DNA of 63,995 bases, the filler included, from Piptocephalis cylindrospora (lineage: Eukaryota): NCBI GenBank assembly GCA_003614145.1. It is 5 parts of 5 records of this genome, joined end to end, with 100 filler letters (N's around TTAATTAATTAA, not from the genome) between each part and the next. Parts side by side here need not be neighbours in the genome. Positions count along the whole stretch, not along the records: positions 1 to 13,782 come from KZ987936.1; 4 more parts are not named here. One strand, given 5' to 3'. Positions 1 through 9,500 of the stretch are shown piece after piece. The first letter of the stretch is position 1; every line of letters starts with the position of its first letter. The notes under the pieces were generated by a model. The model had not been told where the DNA came from, made no database searches, and worked only from the letters and a program-made list of their open reading frames with translations. A program made the translations under genes and the position numbers.

Positions 1-1324
1 GTCATCAGGGGAGTGGGTGGGGAAGAAACGTTCGATAAACTGGTACTCGGAGCAGACATTATCCATGAGGGCGACGTGAAAGCTACGAAAGAGCCTTTCA
101 AAAGTAAAAGTTTGATGGTTTCTCTCAGCAACGTGCAAGATGATAACATCCTCCTCCTGAGGATGGTTGATCAGGGGCTTCATCCTATTTGTCAGGGTAA
201 AGGCTTCAGGGGATGGGGAGGTGGAGGAAGATGAAGAGGAGCCGCCAAAGAAGGAGGATTTGACCTGATCCACCTCCCCGCACATCAAATCGGTCTTGGA
301 AAGCATAGGGGCTTGGTACCGGGAAAGACCCCGGTGGTACCGGTCAAAATGTTCATCATAGAACCAGCGCATGGTGTGCATGAACTCCTGTTCCACCTCT
401 CTCCCTGCCTCCACGTGCCACTTGTGCAGGAAGGCATGGGCAGGCTGAAAGTGCAAGAGGACCGAGTTTTGAATGATGTGAACATTGGTGTTTTTTGCCC
501 GGAATCCTCCAATGATCTCTAGGAAGAAGGATCGAATCCGTCCACAGGCCTGACACGGATGCAATAGGGGAAGATAAGCAGGAGGGGATGCAAATGGGGG
601 GAAAAATAAGGAAAGAAGGATAGACCTACAGAAAGGACTAGTCGGTCCATCTCCACCACAACTTCAGGATAAGAAGCTAGAGATTTTGCTTGGGGCCTTC
701 GACAGAAAGATGCTTGCTTATCTAGGGCGGCCAAGGCCTTGAGATAGGCATCATTTACATCTGACCCAGTGAGCACTCTATAGACAGACAGGTCAGTAAG
801 GAAGATAATTTTGGGAAGGAGGGCAGAGTGAGGCTTACTTGATAGTCTCGGGTTCCAAGAGGATACGGGCAAGAACCTTGTGTAAGGAAGTCTCCAAATC
901 CTATTTGATAGATACGAAAGAGGATGAGAGGGGACAAAGTGTCTTTGCCTTTAAATCTTATTTAGGGAAGACTTACCGTGCGGTTTTCCAGCTTGATGCC
1001 CAAAGCGGTGGATGTATCATTGATGTGGCGAATTTCACCGCTGACCTTGGTCAGATCGACTTGGAAGGATAAAAGGGACTTTTCCACCTTTTCCAAAGCT
1101 TCGTCGCAATCCTAATGATGATGGTGTTTTGAATAAAGTCAGTGATCGAGATACAAGTCGCACTTCTTACCTCCAGTCCGGAGTAGGCGCTTAAAAGTTG
1201 ATCTAGTTTGGCATCCTCTGTTGATGGGTAGGGAGTGGTGAGCACACCTAGTCTCGTTATCTTTCAAATCACACTTACTATCAGCTACATAGGCCTCTTC
1301 TTCTCTGAGCAAAGTAGATGCCAC
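1..1324 (-). CDS. VPS52: GARP complex subunit Vps52/Sac2 (multi-exon; 3' end outside the window; start uncertain)
   Basis: Manual minus-strand translation gives CDEALEKVEKSLLSFQVDLTKVSGEIRHINDTSTALGIKLENR (~985-1110) and FERLFRSFHVALMDNVCSEYQFIERFF (~20-110), matching the conserved Vps52 coiled-coil and LFRSxHxALxDNxxxEYxF motifs. GTAAG donors are present on the minus strand. Confidence 0.85.
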
Positions 1325-2316
1325 CTCCTCGGCATGGATCCTCAGGTCGGTTTCCTAGGGGATGGGGAGCAGAAGATGAGGAGGGGAGTGATACGGTGCA
1401 CCACTGCCTCCACTTACCTGGGATTGAGCTGATGTGACCATGATCGGCAAAAACAAGAGTGAGAAAAAGCGCTAGTACAGAGACAGATGGAATTGAAGTA
1501 AGATCAAGAGTAGAGATTCGCGTTTTTAGAATGATGATGACAGTGATGACTAGGAAGTGTTCGTTGAGAATGTCTTCAGACCGCAGGAAGATCCTAGACC
1601 ACCATAACAACATCACAGTGCGGAGCCTTAACCTTCCTAACTGATAAGCAACCAATGACTCGTCCATAAACTCCATGTCACGTGATATGAAGAAGGATAA
1701 ATTATTGTTGTGGCTTTGGTCAAATATCTCAATTTCCTTCATAAGCCTGGGGCTGGGATGGAGCCAGCCTCAGGACACAATCCGATTTCCTCCGCTGGTG
1801 GGTGCGAGCTACTTGAGCTGTAGGGTAATGTGCCATGCAAGGAGTGCTAGCTCCCTCACTCCTCAGTACCTATTAATAGAACAATCTCTCCTCCTCAGAG
1901 CCCTATAGACATTCACCCCTGACAGTAGCGCGTTGCAAATCCTCCCCTGACAGCACCTTGGGTGGTTAAACATGGGCGCGAAGAAATACGCGGATGGTGC
2001 TGGAAGCATAATCACACACACATAAATGACAGATGGGGATGCCTTGGCAAGGAGCAGTTGGTGGACAGGGGCAGGTGTTCAAGGTATAAAGGCAGTGAAG
2101 GAGGGAGGGCGGCACATATCTCAGCAGCTCCTTTCTCATTCACCGCTCCCTTCTCCCTCTCGTCATCCCAAGTGCATGCTTTTTGCTCCTCGGACCACTT
2201 ACTTCCTCGCCCCATCTACATTTTTCCGACCACTTTTCCGACCCTTAACTCACTCTTCTTCCTCCTTCCGAGGCCTTGTTCCGCGTCGCTCCCCCTTCGC
2301 CACCACTACTTTGACC

Positions 2317-3315
2317 ATGTCTACCACTGGGCCTACCTATAAGCCTCACGTCGTCGGTGCCCCCTTTTCCCTGGAGCACCGCGTCTATATTGGTAAGTTG
2401 TCTCCCCATGGGAGATGGAGAGAGACCTGGTTATGCAACCTCCTGGTAGCCCCTCTAAACCCATCCACTCACGCCTGATTTATCTCATTATCAGAATCGG
2501 ACGGAAAGATCGTATCCCCTTTCCACGACATCCCCCTGTTTGCCAATGATCGCAAGACCGTGTACAACATGGTCGTGGAGATCCCCAGGTGGTCCAACGC
2601 CAAGCTGGAGATCAGCAAGGAGGAGTCATTTAACCCCATCCTTCAAGATACCAAGAAGGGCAAGCTCCGGTTCGTTCGGAACTGCTTCCCCCACCACGGG
2701 TACATCTGGAACTATGGTGCCCTCCCCCAGACCTGGGAGGATCCCAATGCCCTGAACGCTGATACCAAGGCCAAGGGTGATAATGACCCGATTGATGTGT
2801 GTGAGATCGGCGAGCAAGTCGGGTACACTGGCCAGGTAAAGCAGGTTAAGATCCTCGGTGTCATGGCTCTCCTGGATGAAGGGGAGACTGACTGGAAGCT
2901 CCTGGCCATCGACATCAATGATCCTCTGGCGGCCAAGCTTAACGATATTGAAGATGTGGAGAGGCACCTCCCCGGCCTGATCCGCGCCACCAACGAATGG
3001 TTCCGCATCTACAAGATCCCCGATGGCAAGCCCGAGAACCAGTTCGCCTTTAGCGGTGAGGCCCGTAACCGCAAGTACGCCGTTGAGGTCATCCAGGAGA
3101 CTCATGAGGCCTGGAAGACTCTCATCAGCGGCCAGGATGAGTCAGCCGAGGCCAAGGCCCTTGCCCTCACCAACACTGATGTCGTCGGCAGCCCTTCCCA
3201 CGTTTCCACCGAGGATCCCGCCTATAAGGCACTTCCCGAGGCCGATCCCAAGCCTGCCAACCCTGTGGACCCCTCCATTGACAAGTGGTTCTTCATCTCT
3301 GGGGCCAACCTTTAA
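2317..3315 (+). CDS. IPP1: Soluble inorganic pyrophosphatase, one intron (~2393-2494)
   Basis: [69 protein letters not shown] and SIDKWFF motifs; TATAAA at ~2086. Confidence 0.98.
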
Positions 3316-3575
3316 GTCTTGATAAAGTGCGTCGCTTGATCCTTTACCTTTCCCCAAAGAAGACAATAAATGCAGTTTCTTTCGATGGTGCATTCGATAG
3401 ATGTGTCATGTCATGGGCTACTGCTGAATTCAACGATGCATGAGTAGTAGCAAAAGAAGATCAATACGTTCCCCTCACTCTAAGAAAAAGACCTCTTGTA
3501 TTTCACCCCCATCTATCCCCCCTTTTCAGTTACTGCTCTACACAGAACAACTAGCATGGAGGACACACGCACACA

Positions 3576-4669
3576 TCAGTACCGTTGGTAACGTCGTCGA
3601 CGCTCCCGGGCCTCCTCTCGTGTTGCTCCTCGAAGGGCCCCATCGGTCTCGCGCACCAGAACCGAGGTATTATCGGGGGTGTGTCGACCGAAATCAGTAA
3701 AAGAAAAGGCCCAACGAGAGGGCTTATCCTGTGGGGTCTCTGGGGCCTTCTGGAGGACAACAGGCTCATCCTTAGATGAGGACTTGGCCTGGGTAGAGGA
3801 AAGAGAAGGAATTGTTTTGGAGGGCGCTGGCCTCCCGAGAATTTTAGCAGCCTCTTCTGGAGTCATGTGGGATCCTTCGGGGATAATGGCAAACCGAGGA
3901 CTCTTCACCGAGGGAACATTTTCCACCACGGCTTCCACAGAGCTCTCAGAGTTTTCAGGTACTCCAAGCATCTGCGCCATTCCCGTCGCATACTTCATTT
4001 GAAGAGGCTTTCCCTATATGAAAATAAAGGGAGAGGGAGAGAAATGAGAAAACATACGAGGAAAGGGGAGGGAGGCGAGTATTGCGTTCTTTCTGTACAA
4101 GCTTACCTCCTTCAACATCTGATGCTCCCGGGCCTTGAGTTTGCTGATGGCCTCCAACCTCTGAAGAGAAACCTTATGCTCAATGGCCAATCGACGGAGT
4201 GGAGTACTCTCTGCCTTAACGGCCAAGGTGTCTTTGATGGCCTCAGACAGGGGAGGGACTGGGCGAAAGGCAGGGTTCATGGGGAAGGGGAAATTTCCAT
4301 TCTAACCAACGAAGGGAACAGGGTCAGTATAGGTGGGGCTTTTTCTCGCCGATCGAAGTGGCTGTGTATAGGAAAATGGCGGATACAACGCGGAGATGTG
4401 GTAGAGACAGTCCTTATGGGGATGGTCTTCCATGCTCGACGCGCCTCGCCCCAAATTCAGAGTTTCGCCCTGTCCCTGTTCTTCTTACCCGATCGACACC
4501 CAGAAAATTTTGCTTGTTCTGCGTCACGCCACGGTACTTTGCTCCTTCGCGCCTGAACCATACCTGGGTCTTGGAGAGGCGACGGATCCGCATACTTGAA
4601 TAAAATGATGGGAGGGAAAGATGGATAGCGAGGAGAAAGAAGAGGTCGACACAAGCGAGTCAATCGCAC
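3576..4669 (-). CDS. MRPS35: Mitochondrial small ribosomal subunit protein mS45 (Bot1/Mrps35 family); start uncertain
   Basis: FPMNPAFRPVPPLSEAIK...LRRLAIEHKVSLQRLEAISKLK and C-terminal RWAFSFTD...VLVRETDGALRGAT match the Bot1p family pattern; intron ~4017-4105. Confidence 0.75.
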
Positions 4670-4849
4670 TGAAAAATGTATCTTCTAGTCATTCCCGTTA
4701 CCTTTCCGCGTTGTCTTGCCCTCCCCACTCTGAAGGTTGCTTTTTTGTGAACGGGAGAGACAGAGCTCCAGTTCCACTCTCCTCGAAACCCCCCCCTCTA
4801 TCTATGCTGTGGTATTCTAAGATAGAGAGAGAGGCAATGTACTGGCCAA

Positions 4850-5610
4850 AAAAACACCACCGAATTTGAGATATTATGAAATTACGGAAAATATAGCACA
4901 CACTAGAGGCCCCCTTGTATCCCATTGGAGGTCCAGATCATTTGGATTTATCGTCAACAACATTTCTAAGGCGGGTTGGAGAAAGAATGGAGGCTGGAAT
5001 CTGAAGGATGGGTCCAAGGATTTTCCAGACCCTGATACTCCTGCCAAGAAAAACACTTCCCTCCTGCAAATGGGATACGGGTCAATATCTTCATTATCGA
5101 GGCTGGCCAAGGCTCAACGGACCTGTAGATGCCAAGACATTGTATCATCCAAAAAAGGCCTCCATCTTGGTACCAAAGATGGCATCATCATTATCATCGT
5201 CATCATCAAGGGTTTGGTCGGGAATATTCCATCCGGTTCTACCTCCAAAAATCTAATCTATGTTATGGACCTTTCATCAAGGTGCCCTATGGACGACTCA
5301 GTCCCTTTCCTTCCGTGGTACCTCTCTTATGTGCCCAAGATGTGGTGAAGAAGAAGAGATAATAGGGCATCGATTCCTTGAATGTCCGACCCCCCAGGCT
5401 CTTTGGTCCTATATGTACCATCATTTGATGGAAGGACAAAGAGGAGATGAATGGGGGGATGTGGTCTTATCACTTGATAATATAACCATTTTATTTTCCC
5501 CAGTGGGGTAGGCAGATGGGCATCCGAACACAGTGTCTGCTAGTATAGCTGGCATGTGTGGTACCAGGAGCACTATGCTCCCGACGCGTACCCTATGTTG
5601 TTAAAGAATA
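4850..5610 (+). mobile_element. Degenerate non-LTR retrotransposon (L1/Tx1-like) 3' fragment with zf-RVT
   Basis: LWTFHQGALWT...CPRCGEEEEIIGHRFLECPTPQALW (CxxC-x8-H-x4-C zinc finger typical of LINE ORF2 C-termini) and an upstream KNGGWNL motif; broken by frameshifts and stops; related copies at ~8264 and ~32790. Confidence 0.75.
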
Positions 5611-5967
5611 GGCTAACCTTTAGAATAGGTGGTCCACGATCCAATGTTCTAATATGTACCATTAGATAACCCTCGGAGCACTGATTACGAATAGGTAAGT
5701 TATTAGTGCCGGACGTTATTATTTTTTGTTCTATTAATTAGTTTCCTAAGTATGTAAATATTCCTTTAAAAATCAGAAATTAAATTATTTAGGGTTTTTT
5801 ACGAAATTTTCTTTGAGGATGGATATCTTCAATATTTGAAAAAGGAATAAAAGGTAAGTAAAAGTGTATCAAGCACTCCTAATACGCAGTGTCGCGGAGA
5901 GCAACTAAGAAAGCCTCCCATAGGCCTTTGGCATTGTCATGCCTCCAGATCTGTAACAAGGCAACAG

Positions 5968-6640
5968 GGGATCAAATTTAGTATAGGGGACACCTCGATA
6001 TCACATGACTACTAAGCTCCTATTGGCTGATATTTACACTCCGCATTTGCAGCGTGCTCATCTACTATTGGCTAGAGCTTCGTTGATATATCTAATCTCC
6101 CCACGAAAATACGGCTGAACTTTAATATAGGGGGCACCTTTTTAAATGCGTGCTGCTCGCTCTATGAAAGGCGCAGCGCAATGCTTCTTTGTACGTTCGG
6201 TAGCCTGCTTTTTTTTCCTTTCCCAATGTTTCCTACCGCTCCTTCCCTTTCCAACCTTTTTTCCTCTGAGGAAGTGTGCATCCTCTTCCTTCTTAAGCAT
6301 GGCATTTTGTATGACCATCCCCCCTGCCCTGCTTGTGAGGGGCCAACAGTAAGGCATGGAAAACGCTATATCTTTTGGAGGAAGGCCTGTCGGAAGATTT
6401 CCCTGTTTAGGGGCTCTTTCTTCGCCAAGGGTAAACTTCCAGTCAACAAGGCTGTAATGATGGCATCATTACAAGGAAACTCTGATCACGAGTTCCCTCC
6501 TTTTAATCTATCGTGGAGCTCCGAACACGGGTCCCATTCTTTAATCTATCGAGGACACGGGACCCGACTTTTAATCTATCGAGGACATGGGTCCTGTTCT
6601 TTAATCTATCGGGGACACGGGTCCCCTTCGATAGATTAAA
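5968..6640 (+). mobile_element. Truncated Merlin (IS1595/IS1016-type) DNA transposon: left end plus N-terminal transposase zinc finger
   Basis: From ATG 6226: LFSSEEVCILFLLKHGILYDHPPCPACEG...WRKACRKISLFRGSFFAKGKLP, typical of Merlin transposase N-termini; no DDE core follows. The 5968-6114 segment recurs at 55831-55974. Confidence 0.7.
6502..6640. repeat. Array of the 12-bp motif TTTAATCTATCG (4 direct copies plus 1 inverted), ~30-bp period
   Basis: Copies at 6502, 6540, 6570 and 6600; inverted CGATAGATTAAA at 6629-6640; related linkers resembling GGACACGGGTCCC. Confidence 0.95.
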
Positions 6641-6808
6641 TCAGTCCTCTTCCCCCCCTTTTCTTTTCCCCCCTTTCTCGTTTCCTTCAGCTACAAAAGG
6701 AGGCTCTTTTGACCCTCTTTCCCCCAGACTTTGGAATAGAGGCCCTTTCGCTAGCTTCTTCCCTGTCCCCCTGTTTCCTCCTGTCTCCTTGTTTCTGCCC
6801 CTGTTATA

Positions 6809-6950
6809 CTTGTAGAGGATGCGGGCATCGTATTCCTGGAGAAGCTCGGACCATTGGGCTTGGCGGCGGGACAAGTTGAGCTGGCCTTGGAAAAGCTGGA
6901 GGGTTCGGTGATCGGTATGAGCCTCGAAGGGCGTAAGGGGTTTACCTCCA
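6809..6950 (-). mobile_element. Ty3/Gypsy LTR-retrotransposon RNase H fragment
   Basis: Minus strand reads PFEAHTDHRTLQLFQGQLNLSRRQAQWSELLQEYDARILYK, the TDH...RRQARW...LQEYD.I.Y motif at the end of Gypsy RNase H. Confidence 0.85.
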
Positions 6951-7394
6951 CCGCACTCTCTCCACCCCTACCTCATGCCCCACTGGTCCCCCCCCCTCTT
7001 GGCATCCCCCCCCCCCTGCTCCCACTCCCCAACTCCGACCCTCACCTCCCACTGGTTTCCTTCTGGGCATTGTTCTCCCCTCACCCCCCCAAGCTCCGAC
7101 CCTCCGGCCCCATGATTCCCTCCTCTTTCCTTGGTTCCACAAGCGCCAAGCTGAGTCGGGATAGGTCCTCCCTGGCTCATCCCTCGCCAATTCCCTACTC
7201 CCCCCTCTCTCTGAATTCCTTCTCCACAAATATAAGAAGCCCCCTGTTCTTTCCATTTTTCACCCTCACCAGAAATACAACATCCTTTACCTGACTTCTC
7301 TGCCTTCTCTTACTTGTTTCTTTTGCCCCTTCATAACATCCCTCTGTTACATTTCCTCTCCCGGGCCTTTCTTCATCCTTCAGTAACAATAAAC

Positions 7395-7805
7395 ATGGTT
7401 CGTACCAAACAAACTGCCCGCAAGTGCATTAGTGGTAAAGTTCCCCGTAAGCAGCTTCCCTCCAAGGCTGCCCGCAAGTCTGCCCCCCCCACCGGGGGAG
7501 TCAAGAAGCCCCACCGGTATCGGCCTGGTACCGTCGCTCTTCGTGAGGTCCGTCGCTACCAGAAGTCCACTGAGCTTCTCATCCGTAAGCTCCCCTTCCA
7601 GCGTCTCGTCCGTGAAATCGCCCAGGACTTCAAGGCCAATCTTCGCTTCCAGTCCTCCGCCATCGGCGCCCTTCAGGAAGCCTCTGAGGCTTACCTTGTC
7701 TCCCTCTTTGAGGACACCAACCTGGCTGCCATCCACGCCAAGCGTGTCACCATCCAGCCCAAGGACATCCAGCTTGCCCGCCGTCTCCGTGGCGGGCACT
7801 CCTAA
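7395..7805 (+). CDS. HHT: Divergent histone H3 (variant or recently relaxed duplicate), intronless
   Basis: 136-aa intact ORF with the H3 fold ([41 protein letters not shown]) and 12 substitutions versus canonical fungal H3; TATA-like ATATAAGAA at ~7230. Confidence 0.9.
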   Translation: MVRTKQTARKCISGKVPRKQLPSKAARKSAPPTGGVKKPHRYRPGTVALREVRRYQKSTELLIRKLPFQRLVREIAQDFKANLRFQSSAIGALQEASEAYLVSLFEDTNLAAIHAKRVTIQPKDIQLARRLRGGHS

Positions 7806-8263
7806 TTGAACGGGGTATATTTATGAGGGGGATGAAGTGGAAGGAGAGGGCTTGCAGTATGACTTTGGTCGTCCCGCCTTTCCTCCCTCTCTCCCTCCCC
7901 CCTTGTCCGTCATTCTTTCCTTGACCCGGAGAGAGGAATAGGATATGACCGGGAGTGGGATTGGTTCAATGAGAGACTGCCACACCTCATGCCTCTTCCT
8001 GTCCGTTATCTGTCAATTTGGCTGTAGTATACACACGCACATGCTCGTTCCTCTTATAAATGGGAGGAAATGATACATTTCGCTGTTTAGTAGTAAGTGG
8101 GAGCAAATGATGAGTAACTGAGAGTGGGACGATAATTATGGTAGGGTGATTATGGTATGGTAGGGTCAAGCGATGGGGAGCGCTCAGTCAGTGAATACTC
8201 ATATAAGCACGGCCTTTCCCTATTCACTTGTAATGATCTAAAGATGATGGTGATGGTATAGCT

Positions 8264-8400
8264 ATAACCATATTTATTTCCCCGTGTAGGGTTGGTTAGA
8301 GGGCACCCGAACACATTGACTGCCTTTACTTAAGCCGGCATGCGCGGTACTAGGGACAGGGTCCCCAGCGCGTACCTTATGATCTGAAGAAAAGAGTAGA
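8264..8400 (+). mobile_element. Degenerate copy of the LINE 3' end
   Basis: tataaccatatttatttcccc...ggcacccgaacaca...gcatgcgcggtact...cgcgtaccttatg aligns by eye with 5481-5610. Confidence 0.7.
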
Positions 8401-8770
8401 ATGTCAAAAGCTCTTCCTTCTTCGTAAAAGCTCAAGTCAATGATGTTCGTATCGCTCTAAAGCAAATATTGGCCATAATGAATTGGGATATTTCACTGAT
8501 CGAGAGTATGGATGAAAGATTGAAACAAAGTGAGATATATCTGTTGATAATTTACCCAGCGCTTTCTCACAGCTCCAAATCCCCAAGTTCAAGCCATGAC
8601 CATGACTCTCAGGATACACAATGGTACCATTGACACCCACTGATATGTATATAGACTAAACTATCCCATTCTTCCTACATGACGCGAAAAAAAGGAACAA
8701 TCATAAAGAGCCAGTCGTTGTTCTAATCATCAACATTTATCAAGGTTCACTTGGCCATGCATGTCTTCTT

Positions 8771-9125
8771 TTACCATTTGGATTTGAGAGCATGCCAAGC
8801 TAGAGTCCAAGGAAAACGGATCGTCAGTTATCCTCCATCCTTCCCCTCCTAACAACGCAGTTGACTTACCCCAAAAGACAAATTTCCTTCCGAGCCACCG
8901 GGAAAAGAAAGGGACGAGTACCACCGACACCAATGCCTGGATCTGTCTCAAGTCTTCATGCCACTGAGCTGCCAAGCTATCCTCCTCCTCCTCCTCCTCT
9001 TCGTCAGATACGTCCCAGTATCCGTCCAGGTCGGTGTTTGTGGGGTCCACAGGGTCATTCTCTTGTAAACCTAGGGTATTCCGTCTTATTCGGTCAGAGG
9101 CCGTTTCCCTGGGCAAGTAGTACAT
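8771..9125 (-). CDS. MIM2: Mitochondrial outer-membrane import protein Mim2
   Basis: Acidic stretch followed by QWHEDLRQIQALVSVVLVPFFSRWLGRKFVFW (Mim2 pattern); short intron ~8800-8868, last exon AWHALKSKW*. Confidence 0.75.
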
Positions 9126-9500
9126 TATAATATCAGGCGGGGATAGAGAAGGATGGAGCGGGAGACATGGGATGGTGAGAAGAGAGGAGAGGAGTTCACG
9201 CCCTCACCCTACACTTCCAAGGAGTAACTACTGCTCCACCCACCAACTCAGCCCTGACACATCCCTATAGGGAAAGTGGGATAACTTTCATCTTGAATGC
9301 CATAAGAACTAGCTAATTACTAGAATGGGCAATGGTTGATAAACACATCCTTCTATTACTCAATGAGGATCATACGGGTTACGGCAAAAAGCGACATCAC
9401 AGCTAACGATATATTAGATGTATATAAAAAAAAGGAGCAAAGGACAGGCCTATTCCTCTCTATAACCGCAGCTCTCCAATCTCGTCCAAGGATCCATTAT

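Noticed and set aside
6502..6640. CRISPR-like repeat-spacer appearance
   Set aside because: Repeats are only 12 bp, the spacers resemble each other, the context is eukaryotic and there are no cas genes.
7395..7805. RIP-type mutation as the cause of H3 divergence; CENP-A identity
   Set aside because: The inferred changes include transversions and A-to-G transitions, not only C-to-T. Tail and loop 1 lengths are canonical, unlike CENP-A.
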